This document shows, in pieces, positions 1-14,004 of a DNA stretch of 64,000 bases; position 1 is the first letter of the stretch, and each line of letters begins with the position of its first letter. The stretch is from Eledone cirrhosa (Eukaryota). Location: positions 223,634,001 to 223,698,000 of the forward strand of contig OZ024742.1 of assembly GCA_964016885.1 (NCBI GenBank). The letters run 5' to 3'. A program made the position numbers and the translations under genes. Below the pieces are notes generated by a model that was given only the letters and a program-made list of their open reading frames with translations, did no database searches and was not told the DNA's origin.

Positions 1-374
1 TGTTGATTTTCATGATAGGACTGTGGACCCTATCATTAAAATACTCGAGAAACCCTTTACACAATACAACCTCATAGAAGGCCAGCTAAATCTGCATATG
101 TGTGATCTGTAAATTTCATTCAATGGTACAAGGACAAATGAATTTGTTCAAAATAATAACATTGAAATCATGCTACCAAATTCCAAAATTAATATCATCA
201 TAATTGTTTTATATTCCCTTTCCATACTGGCATGGATTGGATTGGCCATTATGGTCTGAGTCAGTTCTTATTTGAAGTTAAAAGTGTCAAGAAGACCATG
301 TCTCACTTGTATGTTCCAATTTTGAGCATGTTTTTTACAACTGGTTGCCTTGAAAAATTTAACAACCTCCCATC

Positions 375-717
375 AATAACAACAATGGAGTTAAAGGCGA
401 GCAAGGCACTTCACCCTGAGCAGATACAAACTAAGCAGTGTGGCAATGCCTAAACCGACTAAGATCTGGTGTTGGACGTGCAAAGGTCACTCATGCAAAA
501 TGGGAATATTTAAAGGATGCGGACGTTGTGTGTGACTGCGGCATCGAACCACAGGCTACGCAGCAACTCCTGATATGCCCCCTGCTGGAACACCCCTGCA
601 CAGCATTGGACCTAGCAGAGTTTAATGAGAAAGGACAGCAATGTGTTTAACTGTGGTAGAACTACATCTAGCTAGGCTTTGTAACTGACACTCTTACGGA
701 CACAACAAGAAGAAGCC
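375..717 (+). mobile_element. 3' fragment of a Vingi/Ingi-type non-LTR retrotransposon
   Basis: ORF 438-650 has W.CLNRLRSGVGR...KW...CDCG...Q...CP, the Ingi/Vingi C-terminal zinc-finger region; it ends in GACACAACAAGAAGAAG, a (GAA)n tail. Confidence 0.65.
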
Positions 718-1325
718 TTGTGTAACACTAACCACTTAACCGTGTACTGAGTGCATTTTATCACGGCACCAGCACAAGAGACGTTGTCATGTCTTTGATA
801 TAACTAAAACTCCCTATATACCCTACATTGTGTACCCTAGCTATCACTAACCAGTTTATAATGAGTACTGGGTGCATTTTATTATAGTACTAGCACTACC
901 ACTTTACAGAGTGTACTAGGTGCATTTTATAATGGCACCAACACTAGAGAGGTTTTCATGTCCTCTACAAGACAAAAGCGCACTATCTCCCCAACTGCTG
1001 TATCCCCTTCTTAATGCTAACAACTATACAGAGTATACTGGGTCTATTTTATCATGGTAGCAACGATTATGAAAGTGGTAAAAGTCTAGCACAGGATATC
1101 TCAAATTTTTACTTGATAGACGTCTTATAACAAAATTTAATTTCTATTCAGCTCCACACACGAATTAATGGAATATAAGATTGCAACAATAATTTATCCA
1201 TTTTTAATAAAACTTATACAATCTCATGATATTTTATAATTCAGTATTTTTATAATTTAATTTGTTTAAAATATAATTTATTTCTATCATCATTGTGACC
1301 ACAGTCACACATATTTGTTTTTCAG

Positions 1326-1691
1326 TTGCTAATTCGAACAAGGGGCGCAACTCCTTTTGTAAATCTGTAGTTCTCTACTAAATGGAAAGTGTGAGCCTAT
1401 ACATTGTCAAAACAAATGATCGTCTGCTCAGCCACTATGTCCCTTGTACCAATACAACAGTTTGTCATTGTCTGCTCAGCTGCAATGTCCCTTGTCCCAA
1501 TACAACAGTTTGTCATTGTCTGCCAGCTTGAACTACTGTATACCCACAGGAAATATACAGGTTTATGAATATTGACTCGTTTCCATTGTATCACTGGTGG
1601 GGGTAGATGAATGGGTACTATGCCTTGCCAAAGGGCAACCCACAGCTATGCAAACCATGGTCGTCACTTTGTGAGGTATTCATAAGAATTT
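1326..1691 (+). other. Candidate non-coding or decayed exon, Cys-rich, with an internal 48-bp tandem duplication
   Basis: Acceptor ttgtttttcag at 1325, donor gtaagt at 1692; 366 nt; non-repeat-like sequence; stops in all three frames. Confidence 0.35.
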
Positions 1692-1797
1692 GTAAGTCAC
1701 TAGACCACCAGCAAACCGTTGGGTCATGTTCGCTTAAAAGTATTTAAAATCATGTTTACTCACAAATATTTAAATAAATAAAATATACACAGACATG

Positions 1798-1888
1798 TAT
1801 CATCATCATCATCATCATTTTACACCCGCTTTTCCCTGCTTGCAAGAGTGGGACGGGTCCTATTCAGCACGGCATCTCTCCACTTGTA
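1798..1888 (-). mobile_element. RTE LINE family A, 3' tail fragment
   Basis: Closely matches the 3' end of the 2367-5239 element, including the (GAT)n tail. Confidence 0.8.
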
Positions 1889-1904
1889 AAATGAAATTGG
1901 AAGA

Positions 1905-2335
1905 CGCAGATATATATATATGTAGGATGTATAAAATGTGTATATATGGAATATATATGTGTATGTATGTATATATATATAAAATGTATGGAGAATATAT
2001 ATGTGTATGTATGTATATATATAAAATGTATGGAGAATATATGTGTGTGTAGATATATGTATATGTATATATGTATATGTATGTGTGTATATATGTGGGT
2101 ATGTATGTATAAAATATATATGTGTGTGTATGGGAGATATATATATGTATATGTGTGTGTGTATATATGTGGGATATATATAATACGTATATAGGATATG
2201 TATAGTGTATATATAGGATGTATATGATATATGTGTGGGATATATATGTGGTATATGTATAGGATATATATAGTGTATATATAAAATGTATGTATGTATG
2301 GTATATGTGTAAAAAATATATATGATGAGTGTATA

Positions 2336-2366
<31 letters not shown>
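1905..2366. repeat. Degenerate (TA)n/(TG)n microsatellite tract
   Basis: Directly visible low-complexity dinucleotide sequence. Confidence 0.9.
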
Positions 2367-2369
<3 letters not shown>

Positions 2370-5238
2370 TCATCATCATCATCATCATTTTACGTCCGCT
2401 TTTCTCTGCTTGCAAGGGTGGGACGGGTCTTATTCAGCACAGCATCTCTCCACTCGTCACGGTCCCTCGTCATCTCCACCGTGAGCTTCAATGATCTGAG
2501 GTCTGTTCTCACCACCTCCGCCCATGTTTTTCGTGGTCTACCTCTACCACGTCTTCCTTCAACTGGCATTTCCTGGCACTTCTTCACCCATCGGTCATCC
2601 TCCATGCGCATCACATGTCCATACCACCTCAATCTCCTCTCCCGTACACTACATTCTATCCCTCTCAGACACAGTTTCTCTCTCAACACATTTATGCTGG
2701 GACGTTCACGCACAATTACACTGCACATCCAACGGAGCATGCTTGCCTCATTTCTCTCCAGCCGTCGCATATCCTCTGCAGTTGCTGCCCATGTCTCGCT
2801 ACCATGCAGCATCGCGCTCCTCACACAGGCATCATACAACCGGCCTTTCGTACGCAGGGAGAAACCCTTCTTCGTCAACAGAGGAAGCAGCTCCCTAAAC
2901 TTCTTCCAACCCGTCCTTATTCTAGATACTATGGCCTCGGAACACCCTCCTCCCATGCTAATCTGATCTCCTAGGTACCGGAAGCTATCCACCACTTCTA
3001 TAGCACCCGCCTGCATTTGAAAAATGTGTCTATCAGTGCGACTTCTACTGTCTAATTTCCCTGCACATCTACTGCATACGTATTTCTCCCTACCTGTTAG
3101 TTTTCCTGCTATCCCGCTACATCTCTTGTGTACCCAGGATCTGCATTGTGTGCATTTTATAGAATTTATGCCAGTTCCTTTTCTGCATATCGAACATGGC
3201 CATTTCCCTGACGGCATCAGAGTTTTGTCCTCTTTTCTACTCATCAACACTTTTGTCTTAGCTAGGTTCACTCTCAGTCCTCTTGCTTCCAACTGCTGTT
3301 TCCATAGCCAGAATGTATTCTCTAGCTCCTCTACTGATTCTGCTATAAGAACCAGATCGTCAGCATAGAGAAGTTCCCATGGACAGCCAGTCTTAAACTC
3401 CTCTGTTATGGCTTGGAGGACTATAATGAACAAGAGCGGGCTGAGGACCGAACCCTGATGTACTCCTACTTTTATCTGGAATTCCTCACTAAACTCCATT
3501 CCTACCCTGACTTTACTGAGAGTACCTCTGTACAAAGTTTGCACTGTCCTCACAAGCCATTCCTCAACACCTGGCTTCCTTAGGGACCACTAGATGACAG
3601 ATCGGGGTACCCTATCAAAGGCCTTCTCTAGGTCAACAAAGGCTAAGTATAGTGGCTTATTCTTCTCTAAGAACCTCTCTTGCATTTGTCTCACCAAGAA
3701 GAGGGCATCTGTTGTACTCTTCCCAGGCACAAAACCAAACTGCATCTCATCTAGTTTGACCCTTTCTCTAATTAGTTGTGCTAAAATCCTTTCTGCCACT
3801 TTCATAACCTGATCTATCAGTTTTATACCCCTATAATTGCTCCTCTCCAAAGCATCCCCTTTACCTTTGTAGCAATTTATGAGAATACTGCTGCACCAGT
3901 CTTTGGGTATGACACCACCATATATAGCCTGATTGATGATGCGTGCAACCAGTTTAGTGCCTACGTCCCCTGATGCATTCAGCATCTCAGCAACTATTTC
4001 CGATGGTCCGGCCGCCTTACCATTTTTCATTTCCCTAATTGCCTCTTGGACCCTATATTCGTCAATCTCAATAGCTGGTCCCTCTGTCGGATCTACCAAG
4101 GGTAATTTCTCTCTCTCCCATTCGTTCTCCACATTCATCAGTCTCTCATAATGACATTTCCAGGCCTCCTTTTTCTGATCATTCATGACACTAAGTACAC
4201 CGGCATCATTCCGGACACATTTATCTCCAACAACATCCTGATTTGCATTGACACACTGCCTTGCAATGTGGAACACCGCACGCCTCTGATCTTCCCGTCG
4301 CAGAACATTGGCAAACCTTCTACTCTCTGCCTCCCTGTGTGCTAAGTACACCTGACGTCTAGCTTCTCTCTTAGTGGCTGTATATTCTTCCCTACTCCCA
4401 CCCTTTTTCCAAGCCTTCCATGCTAGTCTTTTGTCTCTAATAGCCTTATCTACTGTGCTGTTCCACCACCAGGTCACTCTCTGTCTGGTTGGAGCTCTGC
4501 TCCAGCCGCAGGTTTCATCAGTAGCCTGCAGCAAGTTGTCACGTAAGAACTTCCAGTTACTATCTATGTCATACGTCTCTAAATCATCTTCTTTTTCGTC
4601 ATATACATCTTGAAGGGCTTTCCTAAATTTGTATTTTAGTGAAAGGTCTTTTAGCTTCCAGACCTTTCTTCTCCACACCTTCCTATATGTCTCATTCCAT
4701 CTCTTGCTTACTGAGATATCACTAACAACTAACCTATGCTGTGGGGTACATTCTTCCCCAGGGTATGCCTTGGTATTAGACACTATCTGCCTTACCCGCT
4801 GCCTAACTAGCAGGAAGTCAATCTGGCTTATGTGCTCACCAGATTTGTAGGTTATTAGGTGATTGGCAGGTTTATGGAAGTTTGTGTTGCAAATAGTCAA
4901 TGTACTCGCATCACAAAATTCAAGAAGTCTCACTCCTTCTTCATTTCTTGAACCGTAACCGTGCCTACCATGTACCCCAGTGTAACCATCCTGGAGCTGT
5001 CCAACATGACCATTGAAGTCTCCTGCTAGCATAATGATGTCTCCGTCCTCTGTCATTGTGGTTGTTTGCAAAAGTTGCTCATAAAAGCAGTCTTTCTCAT
5101 CTTTGCCTAGGCCTGCTTGGGGAGCATAGACCGAGATGATTGTCAGTAGTCTCCTACCTACAACCAATCTAAGCTTAATTATTCGATTACTAACTCGAAC
5201 TACCTCTATTGTCTTATTGATCCATTTCTCAGCCAGGA

Positions 5239-5239
<1 letters not shown>
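2367..5239 (-). mobile_element. RTE-clade LINE family A, 5'-truncated, nearly intact ORF (partial APE endonuclease, RT, PHD-like finger)
   Basis: ORFs 3590-5167 and 2390-3553 are in frame and separated by one TAG at a Trp position (copy at 52140 reads VIWWSL); motifs AGDFNGH, IDFLL, DLEKAFD, HQGSVLSP, YADD; (GAT)n tail. Confidence 0.95.
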
Positions 5240-5273
<34 letters not shown>

Positions 5274-5352
5274 GGGAGAGAGAAAAAATATGTGTGTTTA
5301 TATGTGGTGTGTGTATATATATGTATGTATATGAAATATGTGTATATGTATG

Positions 5353-5393
<41 letters not shown>

Positions 5394-5539
5394 AAAGTTC
5401 TATTTAAAATTGTTGGGATACAAGTAAATATTTTTATAACTGATATAAAGCACTCAACAAGTATTTGGAGTAGACTATCCGGATGACTTCCAAAAACAAT
5501 GGTTGCATTTTAATAGGGTATGTCAAAGCTTATTTGTAA

Positions 5540-5658
5540 AACTGTTATATATTGTATTTTGCCTGATGAAGGCATACCATAATTTAATTTGGTATCCTTG
5601 AAATATGTATAATGAAATAAATATGGTTTTATAAATATAGTTTCCATTTATTAATATC

Positions 5659-5660
<2 letters not shown>
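5540..5660 (+). mobile_element. Penelope-like pseudo-LTR remnant with a degenerate hammerhead core
   Basis: CTGATGA, stem AGGCATACCA/TGGTATCCT, then GAAATATGTA; second copy at 45790-45900; stem I poorly formed. Confidence 0.45.
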
Positions 5661-5746
<86 letters not shown>

Positions 5747-5949
5747 ATATATATGCGTGTGTGTGTGTAAAATGTATATGAAGGATATATACATATATGT
5801 GTGTATATGGAAAAAATATATATATGTATGTATGTAAAATATATATATGTGTGTATATGAGATATATATATATGTGTGTGTATGTACAAAATATGTATAA
5901 TATATATGTATGTATAGTGTGTATGTGTATGTGTATATATATATATGTA

Positions 5950-5988
<39 letters not shown>

Positions 5989-5990
5989 GA
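5660..5990. repeat. (TA)n/(TG)n microsatellite tract
   Basis: Directly visible. Confidence 0.9.
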
Positions 5991-6339
5991 AAACGAAAAA
6001 TCAGTGATGCATCTGAACTCAATTTATTGTGTTACAATTGTTTCGCTGGCGGACAGCTCGAGACGCGATCATTGTGTGGATCTGTCTGATTCTGGACTCG
6101 CAGGTTCGACGGACACGTCTAATGATTTCGGAGCATATTCTCCCACTGGGGTATCTGACCCTCTGGGCCAGTACTGTCAAAAACTTCATCCTCTTCGCGC
6201 GTCCAGTGATTGGCCGCTGGTTGTCTACGTCATCATAATTCTGACCACAGGTACCAGTTCACTGACCATCAGGGCGTTAGCTGTCCCATGTCTGCTACAC
6301 TTCAATGAATTTACTGCTGTATTTGGTAGTTCACACATC

Positions 6340-6346
6340 CACGCGT

Positions 6347-6382
<36 letters not shown>

Positions 6383-7060
6383 ACATAGATAATGACAGTA
6401 GTACGCATAGACGCCTGCTATACACGCACATTTAAGGAGAACATATAAACATATAAACATACGCATACATGCATCCAGAGAGGCACATACATACACAGAC
6501 ACATGCCCACATGCCTATATACATCAGCATACACACACACATGTGCATACACATGCATACGCGTATATATATCCGTACACACAAACAAGCACAGACATAG
6601 ACATAGACCCCCCCCCTTCCACCCTCATACACACACATATATACACGTACCCATATACATATATACACACACAGATACACACTCGCTTGCAAACACACAT
6701 ATATACACACAAACAAGCCCTTTCCCTACACGGGTGCTTGTACACACACACACATATACTGGTTCATATACACTCTTATAAATATGCGCATATTCATATA
6801 CACACCCACGCACGCATAAAAAATATAAAAAAATATATATATATTTACACAAAAAGAATATACACTCAAAGTCATATAAAGATACACAATGGATCATACA
6901 TGAAAGGATGCATCTTGTTATAAATATATACATATATAAAAAAATACATACATACACACACATACACACACATATATATATATATATATATAAAAAAATA
7001 TATATATAAAAAAATATATAAAAATATATTTAAAAATATACATATAACGGCACATAAATA
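6340..7060. repeat. (CA)n/(TA)n low-complexity tract
   Basis: Directly visible. Confidence 0.85.
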
Positions 7061-7729
7061 TACACAGTGGGCTATACATGCAAAGGTGCACCTTGTTATA
7101 TGTGCCTACAGAGATGTTGTTACGTTGCGAACATGGATCAATCCACATATGGTCATGAAGCCACATAATGTGCATTCATGGTATTACAGTAAATAGCATG
7201 CGCAGTCCGTACATAGAAAATGCGTCCAGAATATATATAAAAATGAAGGAACCTGTATGCATATGAGATAGTACACAAGAGAAGTATGAGATACACACGT
7301 GGGTCTGTATATGGAAAATACATTAGGTGTTACAAACAAGAATGCGTGGAGAGTGTGCACTCTCTACTGAAAAGATACACATGCAGAGGGGTGCGTGGAC
7401 CGGCCGTAGTAGAGTATGTCACTGGGGTTGAGGTATAGTGTCTTATTGGTGTAAGGCACTTGACAGAGTATCAATGGAATCCGGGTCAGTCTGATCCGGC
7501 CCAGGCGATGTTTTTGCCTAAATTCATCTTTGATATAGAAATTTGTAGAAGATATTCTTCATGGATTTGGGAGAGTTGATTCAGCTATGCCATTATATAC
7601 TCATCAAAGGTCAGCCAATGAAATAAAACCAGCAGGAGAGGCTGTTGACAATCACTTTCTCAAACACCCTTATCTTACAACCTCACCATTTTCTGAGTTG
7701 ATATATATGTGTGTGTGTATGTGTGTGTG

Positions 7730-7767
<38 letters not shown>

Positions 7768-8124
7768 TTAATTCCTCAGGACCTTCATCTTCATCAACAC
7801 TAATTAACACCACACCCCACACCCCAGACACATCCAAATCTCTCTTATATATAGTCAGACATCTCAACACAACCTGATCTCAGTTTGACAATCGCCACCG
7901 ACGAATGCGAGAAAGTTCTCCAACCCAAGTTAACGAGGAATCTTTAAAATTTTTCCCACCGAAGTTAACAAAGAACTTACTAGATCTACCATAATATTAT
8001 ATTATAAAACTAAATCAAAATTTTTAACACTACAAGGGAAGTCATTCTTTTCCCTTTTTTTAAAATATACCTAACTGTACCAAGGATCTCACACATTTTC
8101 CAATATATATATATATATACACAC

Positions 8125-9531
8125 AACTATAGAGGCATTAGTTTAGTTGATCAGGTCAAGAAGGTCACAGAAAGTGTTATAGCACAATTAATCAGAGATC
8201 GAATTGATCTAGATGAAATGTAGTTTGGGTTTGTGTCAGGTAAAAGTACCACAGATGCTCTTTTCCTTGTACGATAACTATAGGAGAAGTACCTAGCTAA
8301 AAGTAAACCCTTCTACTTAGTTTTTGTTGACTTGGAGAAAGCCTTTGACCAAGTCCCACACTCCATTATCTGGTGGGCCCTTAGAAAGCTAGGGGTAGAT
8401 GAATCACTTGTGAGAGCGATACAAGCCATGTATAAAGATACAGTCAGTAAGGTTAGAATTAACAATGAATATAGTGAAGAATTTAGCATAAAAGTCGGTG
8501 TTCATCAAGGCTCTGTCCTTAGTCCCCTCCTATTTATTATTGTTCTTGAGGCTATAACAGAGGAGTTTAAGACTGGCTGCCCATGGGAACTCTTATATGC
8601 AGATGATCTAACTCTCATAGCTGAATCTATGGCTGAACTAGAGAAGAAATTCCAAACGGAAGCATGGCCTAGAATCAAAAGGCCTTAAAGTTAACTTGTC
8701 TAAGACTAAAGTTCTAGTATGTAGAAAGGAAAATAGGGCACAGGTGCCCTCTGGGAAATGACCATGCTCAGTATATGGGAAAGGAGTATGTATAAATTCC
8801 ATTCTATGTCCCAAATGCAAATAGTAATATACATGAACAGCAAAACATAAATAAACTAAGTGAGAAATTAGGAATAAGAGGGATCAGATGCTGTTTACTT
8901 GAGAAAAGATTACGTTGGTATGGTTACGTGATATGCATGAAAGACAACATCTGTATAAAAAAGTGCTGAGCGATCAAAATTGATGGAAGTTACAGAGTAG
9001 GTAGACCCAGAAAAACCTGGGACGACATGATAAATTCCGACCTTGCACACTTGCAGCTCTCTAAGTGAATGTCACTGGATCAAGATCTTTGGCGCCACGC
9101 AGTAATACAGAAGATCCGCCTTCCCTACGTGCAAAGTTAACCTACAGCCAGTAGGCCCCTCCAAACCAAACACCCCTACTCCATCCTCCCAATCCCGCCA
9201 ACACCACCCTTTCTCTATAAAGTTATGTTGGTACCACAACATCCAGTCCAAACAAATGAGATCGTGTAGGTGTCACAACAAAAAAAACACAGTCCACGCT
9301 GTAATGTGGTCGTGCAGGTAACACAGTAAAAAGTTCCCAGTCCACACTGTAAATGTGGTTGATGTTAGGAAGGGCATCCAGCCGTAGAAAACCTGCCAGA
9401 CAGTCTATACGAGCGAGACACGGTCACCTGACCAATCTTGCCTCAAGTGGGACAAATCCCGTTTAACCGATGATAGAGTGGAAGCTAGACGTTAAACAAT
9501 GATGATGATAATGATGATGATAATGATGATG
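8125..9531 (+). mobile_element. RTE LINE family B, decayed and internally deleted copy
   Basis: ORF 8332-8688 has EKAFD, HQGSVLSP, YADD; 3' UTR similar to 25667-26169; (GAT)n tail. Confidence 0.9.
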
Positions 9532-9766
9532 ACATATACACACAAACTTAGAAACCCTTCCTGTTTAGCAGGAAATATTCGCTACACACATCCTGTCCTA
9601 ACATAAGTTATATGATACATATGACTTAATATTCAGCCACCAAATTCGATTTAGATACTGTAATGATGTATTTGATTCTTTGAAGTCACTTGTTATAATT
9701 TTATTCAAGAACACCATCACCTCTCTCTCTCCCTTCCATTTTCCTCTGCTGTCTCCTTCTCTCTCT

Positions 9767-9822
<56 letters not shown>

Positions 9823-10249
9823 TCTCTCTATGTATCTCCTTCAGTCTACTCTCTCACAACCACTATCTTTTTCTCTCTCTCTATTTATGAAAGTACCTGG
9901 AAAAACCCTGTATCTTGGGAACCCATGCTCTGATTTACATGAAACTTGTTTTATTCCATTTGTATTCCCATTTCAGGGGCAACTTCCTTTCAAAGTATTT
10001 TTCCATTAAGTACCGTTTTGGTTGTATTAAATTACAGACAACCACACAATCACAGGAAAAAAAAAACTTAGAAAAGTTAGTGTTAACATATTGCCTCAGT
10101 GTGAGTATGTGTCTGTGAAACATATACATATACACCAGGTCTGTACACAAAGGAACCAAACTCTCACTGCCTCCATCTCTCCCGCTCTTCCCATTTCTCA
10201 CTATTATGAGCAAATGGAGACCCACATGCTGGCTGCCCATGGCCCAAGC

Positions 10250-10816
10250 ACACAGACTAGAGAAGGACAGTGAGGGAGGCGCGCTGGAAGAACCATTCCA
10301 GTTCGCAAGGCTTACACCTACGGGTTGCCAACTCTGTGCCGATGGTGGTGAGTCCCTACTCACCCTAGGCCCATGGACATCAGAAGTCTCCACAGCTATG
10401 GGCTCCACTTCAAACTTGTTGGAGAGTGACCGATATTTGGAGAGTTTTCCCTCCTCAGCCCAAAGTGCAGCAGAGCTTGGATTAGTTGCAGACTGCATCA
10501 GGTTGCCACTGAAGAATGTGTCACCTCATGTGGTATCCCAGATGAAGGGTTTACCACTGCAGAATGGGAAGATGGTCATGCTGTCTGGCCTTTTGCCATC
10601 TCCTCTGTCCAGCCACGCCGGCTCGAGTTGGGAAGGGAAGCTTGGAGCATCTCAGCCATGCTTTATGACCTTGTTGAGAGCAACAAGGTGTGGAAGGCGG
10701 CCGGCACTGTAGTGACAAGACAGCGGGTGGAGACTGAAAGCGTCTACGGTGGATCTGCAGTAACATTTGTGTGGCTTGCAGATCTGGATGCAGAGCCTCA
10801 AGGAAACTTCGATTAG
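10250..10816 (-). mobile_element. CRE-like non-LTR retrotransposon 3' fragment (zinc finger plus restriction-like endonuclease)
   Basis: Minus-strand translation across stops gives HKCYC...HPLSC, GDGKRPDSMTIFPFCSGKPFIWD...AEEGKLSKY...PIAVETSDVHG, the PD-(D/E)xK RLE pattern of CRE-clade elements. Confidence 0.7.
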
Positions 10817-10825
10817 CAGGCTATA

Positions 10826-12316
10826 TCTATATATATAAAACTGTGGTTGTCTGTCTGTCTATCGATTTTTGGCACACATCTCCTCTTAGAATCTCTCACG
10901 GAATTGCACCGAAATTGCTATACTTGTACATTGAGCCCTAGCGAAGACATCGGAAAAAGAAAATTTCAAATTGACCCACCCTATGTGACGAAATCGAATA
11001 TAATGTATCGATTTTTGAGCGTAAGTGATCAGTTATTTCCCTTTGTTCTGTTTACATTGAGCGTCTTACGTAAAAAATTACGCTGGCTTTAACAGTTGTC
11101 GAGCCAGCAAAATATTGACCTGCAAAATTCATCAGTTCGAACACTAAGCTTCCGTTTTGCTTCATTTCCATTTAAAAGCATTTTAAAACAATATTTTTAC
11201 TTGAAAACAAGTCTATTTAAAGACTACGTAAAACAAGCAAATGTTTCGTCGTTAGGCGTGCAGACAGACAGTCGTGCAGACAGATAGTCGTGCAGAGAGG
11301 TGATATACGCGTGCACACAGATAGTCGTGCAGAGAGGTGATATAGGCGTGCAGACAGACAGTCGTGCAGAGAGGTGATATAGGCGTGCAGACAGATAGTC
11401 GTGCAGAGAGGTGATATAGGCGTGCAGACAGACAGTCGTGCAGAGAGGTGATATAGGCGTGCAGACAGACATAACTGATAATTTGGTTACGCTAATGTTT
11501 TTCTCTGCGTTGCAGTGTTTACATTTTCGATCTTTGTTAATAAATAACCAGTGCAGTTTCTATCCCCAGCATCCTTTTTTGTTATAACATTCGGGTTATC
11601 GTTATGTTTTCTTAACTTCATAAGGCATATTGTTGGTTGAGGGAATATTAATCAAAAACACCACATGCAAGTCTGCACAGTAGACACTACAGTTTTTAAG
11701 CCAAGAAAGAAACTTAACATTGTAACTTTTATTGACCTGCAAAATTCATCAGTTCGAACACTAAGCTTCCGTTTTGCTTCATTTCCATTTAAAAGCATTT
11801 TAAAACAATATTTTTACTTGAAAACAAGTCTATTTAAAGACTACGTAAAACAAGCAAATATTTCGTCGTTAGGCGTGCAGGACAGTCGTGCAGACAGACA
11901 GTCGTGCAGAGAGGTGATATAGGCGTGCAGACAGACAGTCGTGCAGAGAGGTGATATAAGCGTGCAGACAGACAGTCGTGCAGAGAGGTGATATAGGCGT
12001 GCAGACAGACATAACTGATAATTTGGTTACGCTAATGTTTTTCTCTGCGTTGCAGTGTTTACATTTTCGATCTTTGTTAATAAATAACCAGTGCAGTTTT
12101 TATCCCCAGCATCCTCTTTTGTTATAACATTCGGGTTATCGTTATGTTTTCTTAACTTCATAAGGCATATTGTTGGTTGAGGGAATATTAATCAAAAACA
12201 CCACATGCAAGTCTGCACAGTAGACACTACAGTTTTTAAGCCAAAAAAGAAACTTAACATTGTAACTTTAACACAGCTACTGAGCGACCCCGAGCAACGC
12301 CGGGCTTTACTGCTAG
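10826..12316 (+). mobile_element. Non-autonomous Helitron
   Basis: Inserted between A and T; 5' TCTATATATATAAAA followed by TGTCTGTC; 3' hairpin CCCGAGCAACGCCGGG and terminal CTAG; no TSD. Confidence 0.85.
11114..12269 (+). repeat. Direct tandem duplication (11114-11730 and 11731-12269) containing a ~37-bp minisatellite
   Basis: Near-identical units differing mainly in copy number of GTCGTGCAGAGAGGTGATATAGGCGTGCAGACAGACA. Confidence 0.9.
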
Positions 12317-12433
12317 TAAGTTATAAAGTTAAAAGATGAAAAAAAATTTTTAACGTTTTATTTTATGAAAATATGGTTAAATGCATTACTAATGACACCA
12401 AAAGATTCAAAATTGTTCATTCATTTTTAACAG

Positions 12434-12541
12434 GTCATACACGAATGATATACCACTTGTAGACATTACACCCAATCAAACTTTCTTCTAGGTACTTGGC
12501 AGCTGGTCTACATGGTCCAACAATTTTTGTTGTTATAAAAG
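12434..12541 (+). other. Candidate non-coding or decayed exon
   Basis: Acceptor tttttaacag, weak donor AG/gtttat; 108 nt; reads SYTNDIPLVDITPNQTFF*VLGSWSTWSNNFCCYK; alternative acceptor at 12491. Confidence 0.3.
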
Positions 12542-13569
12542 GTTTATCATCATCATTTAACATCTATTCTCTTTGCTAGCAAGGGCTGGACATGTTGTAA
12601 CAGACCAAATCAGTATATAATCGGAGCTACAGAACTCTCAGATGGGCTGGGTAGCCCTCCTTTTGCTTACATACATTCCTCCACTCTACAGTGTTTACTG
12701 GGTGCATTTTTAATGTGGCATCAGTACTAGGATGGTTGTCATGTTTTTGACACAGTTGAAGAGTTCTCCCAACCCTTTGTCAGCTTTTCTATAACTGAAT
12801 GTTCTAACCACTTTACAGAGTGTACTGGGTGAATTTATTTTGTAGATCACGAACACTAGAGAGGTCATGTATTGATATAACTGACAAGCCCTCTTGGCCC
12901 TGTTGTTGATTAATAAATCCAAACAATTAAATTCACTCACTGTAGATCCGTATGCTTTTATTCCCTCCTCCTACAATTTTATTCATTCCTACTAAAATAT
13001 GAGCCACTTTGAGAAGCCTCGGTCTAGCACAAGCCGAGGAATGGAAATTAAATAGAAGTAGGGGTAGAAAAACTAGAGATCTACAGAGGAGATGTGTGAG
13101 AAACATAATCAAAGCCGAGCCTGAGATGTACCAAGGTTATTCAAATGAGGTTGAAGAGTACGGTTGGAGTATTCTAATAGGAAACTTCTGGTTTAAGAGA
13201 TAATAGAAGGATCGAATGAATAGGGAGGCAATATAAGATGAAGAGTCTCATGCCTAGGCCTTTGCAAAGCTGGTAATAAACATGGACCAGATGTAAAATC
13301 TAGGCTCCCTAAAATCTGGTAGTAAGCCCAGGTCAGATGCAAAATATAAGGCAGCTGATAAAAAGTCCAAGCCAGAAATAGAATGTATGCCCGCAAAAAT
13401 CATAATAGGTCCAGGACTGATTTCAAATTTAATCTCTTAATAGGTTACCAACCTGGTAATAAGCTCAGACCAGATGTGAAATGTTGGTGTGTGTGTGTCA
13501 AATGGTCAAAACCAGTAAAAGAATTATATACACATGTAAAATAATCATGCAAAAGTCACATTTTTTAGA

Positions 13570-13893
13570 CTATGTTTGCAGGCTAAATTTATGGAGTTGA
13601 CTATTATGAGGTTGAATTGAGAGATCACAAGCTCTAATATTATGGACATGTGCTTAGAATGTCTCGGGAAAGAATTGCTGCACAGATTTTATGGACAAAG
13701 CCAATTGGCAGGAGTCCAAGGTTAGACCCCGAGCAAGGTGTTTGGATAACATCTATAAACTCGGTTAGTCTCACTTGGGGACCCAACCGGATCAATTGGG
13801 GACAGATGCTTCTGGCAGGACCTGTTGGAAGGAGTACATGAGGACACTGCACCCATGACCTACCCAGGAATAAGTGGGCAAAGAAGAAGAAGA
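13570..13893 (+). mobile_element. RTE LINE family D 3' fragment with (GAA)n tail
   Basis: YYGHVLRMSRERIAAQILW.KP.G RTE C-terminal motif; same family as 61976-62397. Confidence 0.7.
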
Positions 13894-14004
13894 CTATTAC
13901 ATGGATACCGTTTTTGACAGAATGAAATGCATACTACAATCCAAAATACAGTATCTATAAGCAGAAGCTCAAATAGACTCTAAATAAGTAAAAAAAAAAA
14001 TTAA

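Noticed and set aside
2418-2974. Long antisense ORFs over RTE copies (also 17043, 26066, 43671)
   Set aside because: Shadow frames of the RT coding sequence with no independent motif
1795-7175. Many YIYI/HTHT/CVCV ORFs here and elsewhere in the track
   Set aside because: Translations of dinucleotide microsatellites
7587-7877. ORF MPLYTHQRSANEIK
   Set aside because: Runs into (TG)n; no recognisable domain or splice sites
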